Counted from the stretch's first letter, positions 9,155 through 20,887 are shown. The stretch is 64,000 nucleotides of DNA from Treponema sp. (GCA_024682655.1 JAIKYZ010000027.1:1071-65070); one strand, 5' to 3'. The notes: generated by a model not told the origin, from the letters alone. Made by a program: numbers and translations.

Positions 9155-9982
9155 ATGGCTCTTAAAGTATTTAAGCCAATGACACCAGGTACACGTGGAC
9201 GTGTTGACTTGGTTCGTAGTGAACTGACAACCGATAGACCCGAAAAAACTTTGGTGTCAGGTAAAAAGTCAAATGGTGGACGCGGAGCTGGTGGTCGTAT
9301 TTCTGTACGTCATCAGGGTGGCGGTCACAAAAGACTTTATCGTGATATTGATTTCAAACGTGATAAGCACGGTATCCCAGGAACTGTCAAAGCAATTGAA
9401 TATGATCCTAACAGAAGTGCTAATATCGCTTTGATTTATTATGCTGACGGTGATAAACGTTATATCATCGCTCCTAAAGGATTGCAGGTTGGCCAGAAGA
9501 TTATGTCTGGTGATAATGCAACTCCAACAGTTGGAAATGCACTTCCTCTAAATGCAATTCCAGTTGGTTTCACAATTCATAATATTGAATTGACACTTGG
9601 TAAAGGTGGTCAGTTGGTTCGCTCAGCTGGAGCTAGCGCTATGATCGCTGGTCGTGAAGGCGATTATGTAATCGTACGTTTACCTTCAAGTGAAATGAGA
9701 AAAATTAACGGTAAGTGTTACGCTACAATTGGTGTTGTAGGTAATGAAGAACACATGAACGTTAAGCTTGGTAAAGCTGGTCACAAACGCTGGATGGGTA
9801 TCCGTCCTACAGTTCGTGGTATGGCAATGAACCCAGTTGATCATCCACTTGGTGGTGGTGAAGGTGCCGGTAAAGGTCGTAACCCTGTTACTCCATGGGG
9901 ACAGCCTTGTAAAGGTTACCAGACACGTAACAAGAGAAAGACATCTAGCAATTTTATTGTTAGCCGTCGTAAGAAGAAGTAA
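9155..9982 (+). CDS. rplB: 50S ribosomal protein L2
   Basis: [30 protein letters not shown]. Confidence 0.99.
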   Translation: MALKVFKPMTPGTRGRVDLVRSELTTDRPEKTLVSGKKSNGGRGAGGRISVRHQGGGHKRLYRDIDFKRDKHGIPGTVKAIEYDPNRSANIALIYYADGDKRYIIAPKGLQVGQKIMSGDNATPTVGNALPLNAIPVGFTIHNIELTLGKGGQLVRSAGASAMIAGREGDYVIVRLPSSEMRKINGKCYATIGVVGNEEHMNVKLGKAGHKRWMGIRPTVRGMAMNPVDHPLGGGEGAGKGRNPVTPWGQPCKGYQTRNKRKTSSNFIVSRRKKK

Positions 9983-9999
9983 TCGCAGAGGAGATAATA

Positions 10000-10287
10000 G
10001 TGTCAAGATCTGTTAAGAAAGGACCATTCGTAGAAAAATCACTCTACAAAAAGGTTCAGGCAATGAATAAAGAAGCAGATAAGAAGATTATTAAAACATA
10101 TTCTCGCTGCTCAACAATCATCCCAGAAATGGTAGGTAATACTATTTCTGTTTATAATGGTAAATCATGGATTCCTGTATATGTTACAGAAAACTTAGTT
10201 GGACATAAACTCGGTGAGTTTGCACCAACTCGTACATATCATGGACATGGTGGTTCAGACAAAACAGCCGCTAAGGCTAATTCATAG
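10000..10287 (+). CDS. rpsS: 30S ribosomal protein S19 (GTG start)
   Basis: [21 protein letters not shown]. Confidence 0.99.
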   Translation: MSRSVKKGPFVEKSLYKKVQAMNKEADKKIIKTYSRCSTIIPEMVGNTISVYNGKSWIPVYVTENLVGHKLGEFAPTRTYHGHGGSDKTAAKANS

Positions 10288-10296
10288 GTGGATATT

Positions 10297-10653
10297 ATGG
10301 CTGAGAAAAAAGGTTATGTAGCCACTACAAAATTCCTTATTGCATCACCAACTAAGGTTCGTCCAGTTGCTAATGTAATTAAACAGAAGTCCTATTCGGA
10401 AGCTATGGCAATTCTTGCTAATATGCCACAGAAAGGTGCAGATTTAATCAGTGCTACTTTAAAGTCAGCTGCTGCAAACGCACTCAACCAGAATAGCAAG
10501 TTAGATGAAGATATGCTTTACGTTAAAGAAATAAGAATTGACGAAGGTCCAAGACTCAAGAGAGTATGGTTCCGTGCACGTGGTCGTGCTGATCAGCTCT
10601 TAAAACGTATGTGCCATATTACCGTTGTCGTTGACGAAAAGGCGGGGGAATAA
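10297..10653 (+). CDS. rplV: 50S ribosomal protein L22
   Basis: [23 protein letters not shown]. Confidence 0.98.
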   Translation: MAEKKGYVATTKFLIASPTKVRPVANVIKQKSYSEAMAILANMPQKGADLISATLKSAAANALNQNSKLDEDMLYVKEIRIDEGPRLKRVWFRARGRADQLLKRMCHITVVVDEKAGE

Positions 10654-10654
10654 A

Positions 10655-11398
10655 GTGGGACAGAAAGTTAATCCTATTGGTTTACGTTTAGGTGTAAACA
10701 AGACATGGCAGTCACGTTGGTATGCAGATCCACGTGAATATGCAGATTTAGTTCTTGAAGATATCAAAATCAGAAATATGGTTCGTGATCTTCCAGAATG
10801 TAAAAATGCCGATATAGCTGAAATTGAAATTGTTCGCCATCCACAGCGCGTAACAATCATTATTCATACAGCTCGCCCAGGTGTTATTATTGGTGTAAAA
10901 GGTGCATCAATCGAAAAGATTAGTGCAGATATTCAGAAGCAGCTTACAAAGAAAGTACAGATTAAGATTAAAGAAATCAAACGTGCTGATTTGAACGCAT
11001 CATTAATCGCTCAGAATATCGGTCGTCAGTTAGTTGGTCGTGGATCATTCCGTAAGGCAATGAAACAGGCTGTAAGTAGCGCTATGAGAGCCGGAGCTTT
11101 AGGAATTAAAGTTCGTCTTAGTGGTCGTCTCGGTGGAGCAGATATGTCTCGTACTGAAGAACACAAAGAAGGACGTGTTCCACTTCATACTCTTCGTGCT
11201 GACATTGATTACGGTACATTTGAAGCTCTTACTACATACGGAAAAATTGGTATTAAAGTATGGGTTTATAATGGAATGAATTATGGTATTGACCATAATG
11301 AAGATGCTGGTCAGCTTGTAAAGAAGCCAAGACGTCAATCTCGTCAGGCTGCTGATAAGACTGAGGGTTCTGATTCTGCTAAAAAGGCAAGGAGTTAG
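10655..11398 (+). CDS. rpsC: 30S ribosomal protein S3 (GTG start)
   Basis: [26 protein letters not shown]. Confidence 0.99.
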   Translation: MGQKVNPIGLRLGVNKTWQSRWYADPREYADLVLEDIKIRNMVRDLPECKNADIAEIEIVRHPQRVTIIIHTARPGVIIGVKGASIEKISADIQKQLTKKVQIKIKEIKRADLNASLIAQNIGRQLVGRGSFRKAMKQAVSSAMRAGALGIKVRLSGRLGGADMSRTEEHKEGRVPLHTLRADIDYGTFEALTTYGKIGIKVWVYNGMNYGIDHNEDAGQLVKKPRRQSRQAADKTEGSDSAKKARS

Positions 11399-11401
11399 TA
11401 T

Positions 11402-11821
11402 ATGCCACTTAGTCCTAAAAGAGTAATTCACCGTAAGGTACAGCGTGGACGTGAAAAAGGTAACGCTACACGTAACAATACAATTGATTTTGGTGATATC
11501 GCATTAGTTGCTATGGAACCAACTTGGCTTGACGCCAGAGTTATCGAAGCAGCCCGTGTTGCTATCAACCGTAAGTTGGATCGTAAAGGTAATGTTTGGA
11601 TCAGAATTTTCCCAGATAAACCTATTACTAAGAAACCAGCTGAAGTTCGTATGGGTAAGGGTAAAGGTGCTCCAGATCATTGGGCAGCTGTTATCAAACC
11701 AGGTATGATTATGTTTGAAGTTGGTGGTGTTGATCTTGCATTGGCTCAGAGAGCACTTGAGCTTGCTGCAGACAAATTACCAGTTAAAACTAAAATAGCT
11801 TATAAGCCAACAAGAGACTAG
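11402..11821 (+). CDS. rplP: 50S ribosomal protein L16
   Basis: [24 protein letters not shown]. Confidence 0.99.
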   Translation: MPLSPKRVIHRKVQRGREKGNATRNNTIDFGDIALVAMEPTWLDARVIEAARVAINRKLDRKGNVWIRIFPDKPITKKPAEVRMGKGKGAPDHWAAVIKPGMIMFEVGGVDLALAQRALELAADKLPVKTKIAYKPTRD

Positions 11822-11831
11822 GAGGAATAAG

Positions 11832-12044
11832 ATGGCTAATTCAAAGAAAAAGAATGACAATGAACTGTCTTATAAAGAACTAGTTGCTAAGCGTGATGAG
11901 CTTAAAAAGGAATACATGGATCTTCGTTTTAAAATGATTATTTCCCATGTAGATAATCCAATGCAGAAACGTACAATTCGTAGAGAAATTGCACGTTTGA
12001 ACACATTTATTCGCCAGAAAGAAATTGCTGGCGATAATAAATAG
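11832..12044 (+). CDS. rpmC: 50S ribosomal protein L29
   Basis: operon position; RREIARLNT motif. Confidence 0.96.
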   Translation: MANSKKKNDNELSYKELVAKRDELKKEYMDLRFKMIISHVDNPMQKRTIRREIARLNTFIRQKEIAGDNK

Positions 12045-12054
12045 GAGCTGAACC

Positions 12055-12330
12055 GTGGAAAAAGAGACTGTTCAGACTGTAAAGGCTGCAAAAAGATCTT
12101 TTGTTGGAACTGTTACTTCAGAAGCAATGGATAAAACTATTGTTGTAACAATCGAAACTAAAAAAAGAGATCGTCTTTACAAGAAGTATGTTACTAGATC
12201 TAAGAAATACATGGCTCATGATGAAATGAATGATGCACATGTTGGAGATACTGTTCGTATCGTTGAGTGTCGCCCGCTCAGCAAGAATAAATGCTGGCGT
12301 TTGGCTGAAGTAGTTGAAAGAGCTAAATAG
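12055..12330 (+). CDS. rpsQ: 30S ribosomal protein S17 (GTG start)
   Basis: MDKTIVV, GDTVRIVECRPLSKNK. Confidence 0.99.
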   Translation: MEKETVQTVKAAKRSFVGTVTSEAMDKTIVVTIETKKRDRLYKKYVTRSKKYMAHDEMNDAHVGDTVRIVECRPLSKNKCWRLAEVVERAK

Positions 12331-12340
12331 GAGTTAAATT

Positions 12341-12709
12341 ATGATTCAGATGCAATCTTGTATGACAGTTGCTGATAACTCCGGAGCTAAAATTGCTCAG
12401 TGTATCAAAGTTATCGGTGGTTCACATCGTAGATACGCTGGTATCGGTGACATTGTTGTAGTAGCTATCAAAGATGCTATTCCAACATCAACAATTAAAA
12501 AGGGTACAATTGAAAAAGCTGTAATTGTACGCCAAGCTAAAGAATACCGTCGTCCAGATGGAACTTACATTCGTTTTGATGATAACGCTTGTGTTATCGT
12601 AGATGATAGTAAAAATCCAAAAGGAAAACGTATTTTTGGACCTGTAGCTCGTGAGCTTCGTGATATGGATTTTATGAAAATCATTTCATTAGCTCCAGAG
12701 GTTCTTTAA
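12341..12709 (+). CDS. rplN: 50S ribosomal protein L14
   Basis: [25 protein letters not shown]. Confidence 0.99.
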   Translation: MIQMQSCMTVADNSGAKIAQCIKVIGGSHRRYAGIGDIVVVAIKDAIPTSTIKKGTIEKAVIVRQAKEYRRPDGTYIRFDDNACVIVDDSKNPKGKRIFGPVARELRDMDFMKIISLAPEVL

Positions 12710-12719
12710 GGAGTATCTT

Positions 12720-13034
12720 ATGTTGAAAAAATACAAAATCCATAAAGACGACACAGTACAGGTACTAGCTGGAAAAGATAAGGGAAAACGTGGAACTGTA
12801 GTTCGCATTATCCCTGATAAAGATGCAGTTATAGTATCTGGTGTAAACATTGTTAAAAAAGCAATGAAAAAGAGAAGCCAGCAAGACCAAGGTGGTATTG
12901 CAGAAGTAGAAGCTCCTCTTAATATTTCAAATGTTGCAATCGTATGTAAAAAATGCGGTCCAACAAGAATTGGTTATAAAAAAGACGGCGACAAGAAAGT
13001 TCGTGTTTGCCGTAAATGTGGAGAAATCTTGTAA
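12720..13034 (+). CDS. rplX: 50S ribosomal protein L24
   Basis: KOW motif [22 protein letters not shown]. Confidence 0.99.
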   Translation: MLKKYKIHKDDTVQVLAGKDKGKRGTVVRIIPDKDAVIVSGVNIVKKAMKKRSQQDQGGIAEVEAPLNISNVAIVCKKCGPTRIGYKKDGDKKVRVCRKCGEIL

Positions 13035-13585
13035 TGGCAAATTACGTACCTCGGCTTAAGAAAGTCTATAAAGACGAAATCGCCCCAGCTCTTGTAAAAG
13101 AGTTTAATTACACTACTCCAATGCAGATTCCTGCAGTAAAAAAAGTAGTTGTAAGTATGGGTGTAGGTGAAGCTCTCACAAATAAGAAACTCCTTGATGC
13201 CGCAGTTACTGACTTGACAGCTATCACAGGTCAGAAGGCTGTAAAAACAAAGGCAAAGAAGAGTATTGCTAACTTTAAACTTCGTGAGGGTAATGAAGTG
13301 GGAGCAATGGTAACATTGCGCGGAAACATTATGTATGAATTCCTTGATCGTTTGATCAACGTAGCATTCCCACGTATTAAGGATTTCCGTGGAATCAAAG
13401 CAACTGGTTTTGATGGTCACGGTAATTTCTCAGTTGGTATTACTGAACAGTTAATATTCCCAGAAATCGACTTTGATAAAGTTGTAAAAATCGCTGGTAT
13501 GAATATTACTATTGTAACAAGTGCTGCTACAGATGCTGAAGCTAAGTCACTTCTTACTAAGTTCAATATGCCATTCCGTAAGTAG
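13034..13585 (+). CDS. rplE: 50S ribosomal protein L5
   Basis: [23 protein letters not shown]; ATG overlaps the rplX stop. Confidence 0.99.
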   Translation: MANYVPRLKKVYKDEIAPALVKEFNYTTPMQIPAVKKVVVSMGVGEALTNKKLLDAAVTDLTAITGQKAVKTKAKKSIANFKLREGNEVGAMVTLRGNIMYEFLDRLINVAFPRIKDFRGIKATGFDGHGNFSVGITEQLIFPEIDFDKVVKIAGMNITIVTSAATDAEAKSLLTKFNMPFRK

Positions 13586-13592
13586 GTGAAGT

Positions 13593-13778
13593 ATGGCAAA
13601 AAAATCAATGGTTATTAAAGCAGCCCGCAAACAGAAGTATGCAACAAGAGAATACAATCGTTGCCAGATCTGCGGACGTCCTCGTGGATATTTGCGAAAG
13701 TATAAGATGTGTCGTCTTTGTTTCCGTAAATTAGCAAGTGAAGGCCAGCTTCCTGGCGTTACTAAATCAAGTTGGTAG
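13593..13778 (+). CDS. rpsZ: 30S ribosomal protein S14, Zn-binding (type Z)
   Basis: 61 aa, CQICGRP...CRLCFR. Confidence 0.98.
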   Translation: MAKKSMVIKAARKQKYATREYNRCQICGRPRGYLRKYKMCRLCFRKLASEGQLPGVTKSSW

Positions 13779-13787
13779 GAGATAGAA

Positions 13788-14186
13788 ATGAGTGCATCAG
13801 ATCCAGTAGCAGATATGCTCACAAAGGTTCGTAATGCGGCTATGGCCCGCCATGAAAAAGTAGATGTTCCAGCTTCAAAGCTTAAGCTCGAAATTGTTAA
13901 GATTATGAAGACTGAAGGCTACATCAAGAACTTTAAGAAGGTTCAGGAAGACGGAAAAAATACAATCCGTATCTTCTTGAAATATGATGAAGAGAATAAT
14001 CCAGTAATCCATGGTGTTAAGAAAATTTCTACACCAGGTCGCCGTGTTTATTCTGGTTACAAAGATTTACCACGTGTTTACAATGGTTATGGTACAATTA
14101 TCGTTTCAACTTCTTCTGGTGTTACAACTGGTAAGAAAGCTGCAGAAAAGATGGTTGGTGGTGAATTAGTTTGCACAATTTGGTAA
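13788..14186 (+). CDS. rpsH: 30S ribosomal protein S8
   Basis: [22 protein letters not shown]. Confidence 0.99.
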   Translation: MSASDPVADMLTKVRNAAMARHEKVDVPASKLKLEIVKIMKTEGYIKNFKKVQEDGKNTIRIFLKYDEENNPVIHGVKKISTPGRRVYSGYKDLPRVYNGYGTIIVSTSSGVTTGKKAAEKMVGGELVCTIW

Positions 14187-14201
14187 TAGGAGTAGGTAGG
14201 T

Positions 14202-14741
14202 ATGTCTAAAGTAGGTAAACTTCCTGTTGCTATTCCAGCAGGTGTAACAGTAACAGTTGCAAACAATCTTGTTTCAGTTAAAGGTCCTAAGGGCGAACTT
14301 AAACAGGATTTTAGTAATAATGTTAAAGTTGAAGTAAAGGGCACTGAAGTTGTTCTTACTACAGCTAATGATACAAAGCAGGCAAATGCAGACCACGGTC
14401 TTTATAGAGCTTTGATTGCTAACATGATAAAAGGTGTTTCTGAAGGATATTCAAAAACATTAATTATTACAGGTGTTGGTTTCAGAGCTGAAGTAAAGGG
14501 AAAAGAACTTGTAATGAACCTTGGTTATTCAAGTGATTACATTGTTATTATTCCTGATGGTCTTACAATTGTTGCCACTCCAGATGGAAAAGTAACTGTT
14601 TCTGGTATTAGTAAACAGTTGGTTGGTGAGTTCTGTTCGCAAATTCGTAAGTTAAGAAAACCTGAACCTTATAAAGGAAAAGGTATTCGCTACGAAAACG
14701 AAGTTATCAGACGTAAAGTCGGTAAAACTGGTGTTAAATAA
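14202..14741 (+). CDS. rplF: 50S ribosomal protein L6
   Basis: [13 protein letters not shown]. Confidence 0.99.
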   Translation: MSKVGKLPVAIPAGVTVTVANNLVSVKGPKGELKQDFSNNVKVEVKGTEVVLTTANDTKQANADHGLYRALIANMIKGVSEGYSKTLIITGVGFRAEVKGKELVMNLGYSSDYIVIIPDGLTIVATPDGKVTVSGISKQLVGEFCSQIRKLRKPEPYKGKGIRYENEVIRRKVGKTGVK

Positions 14742-14752
14742 GGTGAAGCTAT

Positions 14753-15115
14753 ATGTTTAAGAAAATGAATGATAAAAACAGAAAACGCTTGCACAGAAAA
14801 ATTCATATCCGTAAATCAGTTTATGGAACTGCAGATAGACCAAGAATGACTGTTACTCGCAGTAACAAGAACATTTCTGTCCAGGTAATTAATGATGACG
14901 AAGGTAAAACTTTAGCTTCTATTTCAACACTTGAAAAAGAATTTGCTAAAATTAAACCAAATACTGAAGGAGCTGCACAGCTTGGTGAAGCATTTGGTGC
15001 TCGTCTTAAGGAAAAGAAAATTACAAAAGTAGTTTTCGATCGTAATGGTTATCTTTACCATGGAGTTGTAAAAGCACTCGCTGATGGAACTCGTAAAGCA
15101 GGAATTGAATTCTAG
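14753..15115 (+). CDS. rplR: 50S ribosomal protein L18
   Basis: [19 protein letters not shown]. Confidence 0.99.
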   Translation: MFKKMNDKNRKRLHRKIHIRKSVYGTADRPRMTVTRSNKNISVQVINDDEGKTLASISTLEKEFAKIKPNTEGAAQLGEAFGARLKEKKITKVVFDRNGYLYHGVVKALADGTRKAGIEF

Positions 15116-15124
15116 GAGTTGAAG

Positions 15125-15649
15125 ATGGAAGAACATCAGAAGAAATTTGATAAAGAACCTAAAGAAAAGAGAGAAGAATACATCGAAAAGCTTGTAACTC
15201 TTAACAGAACAAGTAAAACTGTAAAAGGTGGACGTCGTATGGCTTTCTCTGCTTTAACAGTTGTTGGTGATGGTAAGGGTCGTGTAGGATACGGACTTGG
15301 TAAAGCTAACGATGTATCTGAAGCTATCAAAAAGAGTATTGATAAGGCAAAGAGAAGTCTTGTAACTGTTCCATTAAAGAACGGTACATTACCACATGAT
15401 GTTGTTGGTAAATACAAGTCTTCATCTGTACTTGTAAAACCAGCTTGTTCCGGTACTGGACTTATCGCTGGTGGAACTGTACGTGCAATTATGGAAGCAG
15501 CTGGTGCAACAGATTTACTTTCTAAATCATTAGGATCTAGTTCAGCAGTAAATGTAGTTAGAGCTACATTTGATGCTATTTCTAAATTAATGGATGCTAA
15601 GAAAGTAGCAGCTAATAGAGGTAAAACTCTTGATGAGTTGTGGGGTTAG
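15125..15649 (+). CDS. rpsE: 30S ribosomal protein S5
   Basis: KTVKGGRRMAFSALTVVGD, GTGLIAGG. Confidence 0.99.
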   Translation: MEEHQKKFDKEPKEKREEYIEKLVTLNRTSKTVKGGRRMAFSALTVVGDGKGRVGYGLGKANDVSEAIKKSIDKAKRSLVTVPLKNGTLPHDVVGKYKSSSVLVKPACSGTGLIAGGTVRAIMEAAGATDLLSKSLGSSSAVNVVRATFDAISKLMDAKKVAANRGKTLDELWG

Positions 15650-15652
15650 AGT

Positions 15653-15841
15653 ATGGCTAAAGCAAAACAGATTAAAGTTACATTAGTTAAGAGTGTAATT
15701 GGTCAGAAACCAGATAACGTTGCAACAGTAAGAAGTCTTGGACTTAAGAAGATTAATTCTTCTAAAATCCATAAGGATAACGATGCTATCCGTGGTATGA
15801 TTGCAAACGTTTCTCATTTAGTTAAAGTTGAGGAGATGTAG
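15653..15841 (+). CDS. rpmD: 50S ribosomal protein L30
   Basis: VTLVKSVIG, GMIANVSHLVKVEE. Confidence 0.98.
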   Translation: MAKAKQIKVTLVKSVIGQKPDNVATVRSLGLKKINSSKIHKDNDAIRGMIANVSHLVKVEEM

Positions 15842-15842
15842 T

Positions 15843-16325
15843 ATGGCAGATTATAATCCAATTTTAAGCGCTCCTCAGGGTGCTAATAAGAATCCAAAAC
15901 GTGTTGGACGTGGTTCTTCATCAGGACTTGGTACAACAGCAGGTAAAGGTAATAAGGGACAGCAGTCTCGTTCAGGTGGAAAAACTTATGTAGGTTTTGA
16001 AGGTGGACAGATGCCTTTATACAGACGTATCGCTCACAAAGGTTTTTCTAACTATCCTTTCAAGAAAGAATACGTTTGTATCAATCTTGATCAGCTTGAA
16101 GCTAAATTTGATAATGGTGCAACAGTAGATAAAGAAGCTCTTAAAGCTAAGGGATTTATTTCTAAGAAAACTGATACTCTTGTAAAAGTTCTTGGAAATG
16201 GAGAACTCAAAAAGAAGTTAACTATTGTTGTAGACAAAGTTTCTGCATCAGCAAAGGCTAAAATCGAAAAAGCCGGTGGTTCTGTAACTACAGCAGATGC
16301 TGAAAAAACCGAAGAGAAAAAGTAG
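15843..16325 (+). CDS. rplO: 50S ribosomal protein L15
   Basis: RVGRGSSSGLGTTAGKG, GFEGGQMPL. Confidence 0.99.
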   Translation: MADYNPILSAPQGANKNPKRVGRGSSSGLGTTAGKGNKGQQSRSGGKTYVGFEGGQMPLYRRIAHKGFSNYPFKKEYVCINLDQLEAKFDNGATVDKEALKAKGFISKKTDTLVKVLGNGELKKKLTIVVDKVSASAKAKIEKAGGSVTTADAEKTEEKK

Positions 16326-16338
16326 AGTGGAGTAGTAC

Positions 16339-17673
16339 ATGGCAAGCAATCCAATTGTAAATATGTTTAAAGTTAAAGAATTGAGAGATCGTTTGTTTTT
16401 TACATTCTTAGTATTAGCAGTATTCCGTTTAGGATCTGTATTAACAATTCCTGGAATTGATGCAAATGTTCTTATTCAGTACTTTGATGACTTGGCTGCT
16501 CAGAATAAAAATGCATTCGCAAGCTATATGGACTTCTTTGTTGGAGGAGCTTTCTCAAACTTCTCTATTCTTATGCTTGGTGTAATGCCTTACATCTCTA
16601 TGCAGATTATTATGCAGCTTGCTGTGATTATTTTCCCATCTCTTAAAAGAGTCTCACAAGAAGACGGTGGCCAGCGTAAGATTGCTCAGTATACAAGAGT
16701 AGGTACTATCCTTGTTTGTCTTTTGCAGTCTTTCGCTGTAACTAGATACGCTCTCAGCATTCCAGGTTGTATTATTCTTGAGAACAGAGTTCTCTTTAAT
16801 ATTCTTGCAATGCTGACAGTAACAACTGGTTCAATGGTTACTGTATGGTTAGGAGATCAAATTACAGCTCGCGGTATTGGTAATGGTATATCAATGATGA
16901 TTTTTGCAGGTATCGTAGCTCGTATGCCTAATGCTATTGTTGAATTAGTTCAACAGGTAAAAGCAGGCGAAGTTCAGCTTGTATTTGTTATCTTGGTATT
17001 GATCATGTACATTGCAATTATTGCATTGGTAATTTATGAAGAGTCTGGTGTTCGCAAGATCCCAGTAAACTATGCAAAACGTGTTGTTGGAAGAAAAATG
17101 TATGGCGGACAGAGCACATACATTCCATTTAAGGTAAATCCTTCAAATGTTATTCCTTTAATCTTTGCATCTTCAATTTTGACTTTACCAATTACATTAT
17201 TTTCAATGTTATCAAATGGTCAGAACACACCAAAATGGGTTAGTAATCTTTCAAGATTCTTAACTCCAAATGGTCTTTGGTACAATATTTTGTTAGTTGT
17301 TCTTATTGTCTTCTTTGCTTACTTCTACACTCAGGTAACCCTGAACCCTACAGAAATTGCAAAGAATATCAGAGAAAACGGCGGCTCCATTCCTGGTATT
17401 AGTTCAGATAAGACAGAAGAATATCTTACAAAGATTTTGAATAGACTTATATTACCTGGATCTTTGTTCCTTGCATTTATTGCAATTATTCCAACTGTAA
17501 TTCAGTTACTGTTTGGATTCCCTCAGTCTGTTTCTCAACTGATGGGTGGAACTTCATTAATTATCATGGTCGGTGTTGATCTTGATACAATGAGTCAGGT
17601 TGAAGCTCTGTTGAAAATGCATCATCACGATGGATTAACAACAAAGGGCAAAATCAGATCACGAAGTTTATAA
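16339..17673 (+). CDS. secY: preprotein translocase subunit SecY
   Basis: LGVMPYIS, GIGNGISMMIFAGI, GGTSLIIMVGV; about 10 hydrophobic segments. Confidence 0.99.
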   Translation: MASNPIVNMFKVKELRDRLFFTFLVLAVFRLGSVLTIPGIDANVLIQYFDDLAAQNKNAFASYMDFFVGGAFSNFSILMLGVMPYISMQIIMQLAVIIFPSLKRVSQEDGGQRKIAQYTRVGTILVCLLQSFAVTRYALSIPGCIILENRVLFNILAMLTVTTGSMVTVWLGDQITARGIGNGISMMIFAGIVARMPNAIVELVQQVKAGEVQLVFVILVLIMYIAIIALVIYEESGVRKIPVNYAKRVVGRKMYGGQSTYIPFKVNPSNVIPLIFASSILTLPITLFSMLSNGQNTPKWVSNLSRFLTPNGLWYNILLVVLIVFFAYFYTQVTLNPTEIAKNIRENGGSIPGISSDKTEEYLTKILNRLILPGSLFLAFIAIIPTVIQLLFGFPQSVSQLMGGTSLIIMVGVDLDTMSQVEALLKMHHHDGLTTKGKIRSRSL

Positions 17674-17701
17674 AAAAAATTCCGTGAATTACTAGAAAAG
17701 A

Positions 17702-17783
17702 AAAGAGAATATTGGTATAGTATCTTTTACCGAATTGCTCTCATTGCGAGGTGCTGAAAATTCGGTGAAAGAATATTCTCTTT
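17702..17783 (+). promoter_or_regulatory. putative internal promoter (extended -10 TGGTATAGT) and structured leader of the rpmJ-alpha operon
   Basis: extended -10 at 17713-17721; nested stems TTTTACCGAATT/AATTCGGTGAAA and AAAGAGAATATT/AATATTCTCTTT. Confidence 0.5.
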
Positions 17784-17795
17784 GGGGGCTTTATA

Positions 17796-17909
17796 ATGAA
17801 AGTACGAACCAGTGTAAAACCTATCTGTGATAAGTGTAAGGTTATTAAAAGAAACGGCGTTGTCCGTATTATTTGTACAAACCCAAAACATAAGCAGAGA
17901 CAGGGCTAA
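17796..17909 (+). CDS. rpmJ: 50S ribosomal protein L36 (missed by the ORF track)
   Basis: hand translation [37 protein letters not shown]. Confidence 0.99.
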   Translation: MKVRTSVKPICDKCKVIKRNGVVRIICTNPKHKQRQG

Positions 17910-17919
17910 GGAGTAACAG

Positions 17920-18288
17920 ATGGCTCGAATTGCGGGAGTAGATATCCCTAATAAACATGTAGGTACCGCATTAACTTATATTTATGGTATCGGTCGTTCA
18001 TCAGCAAAGAAGATTTGTGATGAAGCAAAAGTTGATTCTGAAAAAATGATGAATGATTTATCTCAAGATGAGCTTAACAAGCTTCGTGAAATTATCGATA
18101 GAGACTACAAAGTTGAAGGTCGTCTTCGTTCAGAAATCGGTCTTAACTTAAAACGTCTTATGGATATTGGTTGCTATAGAGGTCTTCGTCATAAGAGTGG
18201 TCTTCCTGTTCGTGGACAGCGTACACGTACAAACGCACGTACACGTAAAGGTAAGAAGAAGACTGTTGCTAATAAGAAGAAAGCATAA
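17920..18288 (+). CDS. rpsM: 30S ribosomal protein S13
   Basis: [25 protein letters not shown]. Confidence 0.99.
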   Translation: MARIAGVDIPNKHVGTALTYIYGIGRSSAKKICDEAKVDSEKMMNDLSQDELNKLREIIDRDYKVEGRLRSEIGLNLKRLMDIGCYRGLRHKSGLPVRGQRTRTNARTRKGKKKTVANKKKA

Positions 18289-18305
18289 GGCGGAGGATAA
18301 TTAGA

Positions 18306-18686
18306 ATGGCTACCGTTAAGAAACGAAAGGAAAAAAAGAGCGTATACGAGGGTAATGTATATATCCAGGCTACGTTCAACAATACAATCGTAACTGTAAC
18401 AGATATGAAAGGAAATGCTCTTTCATGGGCTTCTTCTGGTGGACTCGGTTTCCGTGGAGCAAAAAAATCTACTCCATTTGCTGCACAGTCAGTTGCTGAA
18501 ACAGCATTACAGAAGGCTGCAAGTTATGGTTTACGCGAAGTACATGTATACGTTAAAGGCCCAGGAATGGGAAGAGAAAACGCTATACGTTCAATTGGTT
18601 TGATGGGATTAAAAGTAAAATCAATTTCTGATGTTACACCTATTCCACATAATGGCTGTCGTCCTCGTAAGACACGACGCATGTAA
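18306..18686 (+). CDS. rpsK: 30S ribosomal protein S11
   Basis: [21 protein letters not shown]. Confidence 0.99.
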   Translation: MATVKKRKEKKSVYEGNVYIQATFNNTIVTVTDMKGNALSWASSGGLGFRGAKKSTPFAAQSVAETALQKAASYGLREVHVYVKGPGMGRENAIRSIGLMGLKVKSISDVTPIPHNGCRPRKTRRM

Positions 18687-18704
18687 TTTCTGAGGAGAAC
18701 TATT

Positions 18705-19286
18705 ATGGGTAAAAGCACACAACCATTATTAAAGAGATGTAAATCATTAGGTATTAATCCTGTTGTTATGGGTTATACTAAAGAATCAAAAAGAAACCAG
18801 AAAGAAGTAAGACGTAAGAAGTCAGAATATGGTATTCAGCTTGATGAAAAACAGAAAGTAAGATTTATCTATGGTGTTATGGAAAAACAGTTCCGTAATT
18901 ACTATGTGATGGCTACTAAAAAGAGTGGAGTTACAGGTGAAAACTTGTTACAGATCCTGGAATCTAGATTGGACAATGTAGTTTATCGTTTAGGTTTTGC
19001 TAAAACAAGACAGCAGGCTAGACAGATGGTAAACCACGGTCACATCCTTATTAACGGAAAGAAAGTTGATATTCCTTCTTTCTTAGTTAAAGTAGGAGAT
19101 GTTATCACTGTAAAAGAAAATTCAAGCATCAGAAAGTTAGTTGTATCAAATGGTGATAAAGTTGTTCCAGCATGGCTTGAAGCTGACAAAGATAATTTTA
19201 CTGGAAAGGTTGTTAATTTAGCTACAAAAGCAGATATTGATTATGAAGTTAAAGAAAACCTCATAGTTGAATATTATTCTAAATAA
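18705..19286 (+). CDS. rpsD: 30S ribosomal protein S4
   Basis: SEYGIQLDEKQK, LESRLDNVVYRLGF, ARQMVNHGH. Confidence 0.99.
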   Translation: MGKSTQPLLKRCKSLGINPVVMGYTKESKRNQKEVRRKKSEYGIQLDEKQKVRFIYGVMEKQFRNYYVMATKKSGVTGENLLQILESRLDNVVYRLGFAKTRQQARQMVNHGHILINGKKVDIPSFLVKVGDVITVKENSSIRKLVVSNGDKVVPAWLEADKDNFTGKVVNLATKADIDYEVKENLIVEYYSK

Positions 19287-19301
19287 TAAGAAGGAGTTCA
19301 G

Positions 19302-20363
19302 ATGGCACGCAAAAATTTGCTTAAAGGTTTTAAAAAGCCTAAGGGCATTACATTTGAACACAGCGTTACAAATTCTACATACGGAAAATTTATTGCCTAT
19401 CCTTTTGAAACAGGATTTGGAACAACAGTTGGTAATACTTTAAGAAGAGTTTTACTTTCTTCAATTCAGGGTTATGCAATTTCTTCTATCCGTATTACAT
19501 CTTATGATGATAGTGGAGTACCACATGTAATCAACAGTGAATTTGATAAGATTCCTAAGGTTGCTGAAGATACTCTTGAAATTATTAACACACTTAAGAT
19601 GATTCGTTTGCGTTTACCAAACGATGTAGAACAAGATACAATTAATTTTGAGTTCAAGGGTCCTGGAAAAGTTACAGGTAGTGACTTTACAAAAGAAGGT
19701 CAGCTTGAAGTAATGGAAGTAAGCAAAGACGTTTTAGTATTTACTATGAACGAAGGTGCTCACCTTGATATCGAAATTCAAGTGGATCTTGGTAGAGGAT
19801 ATGTACCTGCTGAAACTAACGAACATTACATTGAAATGGTTGGAACTATTCCAATGGATGCAATCTTCACTCCTGTTCCAAAAGTAAAATATTCAATTGA
19901 ACCTTGTCGTGTTGGTCAGAGAAATGACTATGATAAGCTCATCCTTGAAATTTGGACTGATGGAACAATCGCTCCAGTTGATGCTTTAGGTGAAGCTGCA
20001 AAGATTGCTAAAGATTTATTTGCTATCTTTGTAAACTTTAATGATAAAGATGTAATTGGAACTGATGAAACAGAAGAAGATGATGAGGATCTTCAGAAGT
20101 TACTTAATACTTCTGTTGATGACTTGGAACTTTCAGTTAGATCTTCTAATTGTTTGAAAAATGCAAATATTCGTACTATTGGCGAATTAACAAAGAAAAC
20201 AGAAGATGACATTGCCAAGACAAGAAACTTTGGTAAGAAGTCTCTACAGGAAATTAAAGAAAAACTGCAGAGTTGGAATCTTACTCTTGGAATGACAGAT
20301 TACAGTCATCTGAAGAATGCTGCAAATTTAACTAAGCAGAAGGAAGAAACAGATGAATCATAA
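19302..20363 (+). CDS. rpoA: RNA polymerase alpha subunit
   Basis: [31 protein letters not shown]. Confidence 0.99.
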   Translation: MARKNLLKGFKKPKGITFEHSVTNSTYGKFIAYPFETGFGTTVGNTLRRVLLSSIQGYAISSIRITSYDDSGVPHVINSEFDKIPKVAEDTLEIINTLKMIRLRLPNDVEQDTINFEFKGPGKVTGSDFTKEGQLEVMEVSKDVLVFTMNEGAHLDIEIQVDLGRGYVPAETNEHYIEMVGTIPMDAIFTPVPKVKYSIEPCRVGQRNDYDKLILEIWTDGTIAPVDALGEAAKIAKDLFAIFVNFNDKDVIGTDETEEDDEDLQKLLNTSVDDLELSVRSSNCLKNANIRTIGELTKKTEDDIAKTRNFGKKSLQEIKEKLQSWNLTLGMTDYSHLKNAANLTKQKEETDES

Positions 20364-20856
20364 GAATGGTTTTAATCCGCTTTCACGTACTACAGCACAT
20401 CGTCGTGCTATGTCACGCAATATGGTAACTTCTCTCTTTAGATATGAGCGAATTACAACAACTAAAGCTAAAGCACTTGAAGTTAGAAGAAGTGCTGAAA
20501 AATTAATCACTAGAGCTAAAGTTGATTCTGTACACAATCGTCGTGAAGTAGCTAAATATATTCAGGATGAAAAAATTCTTGACAAACTTTTTAAGGATAT
20601 CGCTCCTCGTATGCAGGAACGCAACGGTGGTTATACACGCGTACTTAAATTAGGATACCGTCAGGGTGACGCAGCAGATGTTGTTATTCTTGAATTAGTT
20701 GATTATAAGCTTGAGAAAGCCGATGAAGAAACAAAAAAAGAAAAGAAGCCTGCTAAAAAAGTAGAAAAACCAGCAAAAGCTGCTGATGATACTAAGAAAA
20801 AGGCAACAACAAAAGCAAAGAAAACCGAAACTAAAAAAGAAGAAGCTAAAGCATAA
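20353..20856 (+). CDS. rplQ: 50S ribosomal protein L17 with Lys/Glu/Ala-rich C-terminal tail
   Basis: [22 protein letters not shown]. Confidence 0.99.
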   Translation: MNHKNGFNPLSRTTAHRRAMSRNMVTSLFRYERITTTKAKALEVRRSAEKLITRAKVDSVHNRREVAKYIQDEKILDKLFKDIAPRMQERNGGYTRVLKLGYRQGDAADVVILELVDYKLEKADEETKKEKKPAKKVEKPAKAADDTKKKATTKAKKTETKKEEAKA

Positions 20857-20887
20857 CTTGTTTTAGTGGATTTTTAAGGAGTCCGAA

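Noticed and set aside
627-18718. Numerous 60-150 aa shadow ORFs within rpoC, tuf and r-protein genes
   Set aside because: Overlap highly conserved genes, lack SDs and recognisable motifs; expected from codon bias.
18705-19286. rpsD as a horizontally acquired gene
   Set aside because: It sits at the canonical alpha-operon position with host-like codon use; I cannot support foreign origin without a phylogeny.
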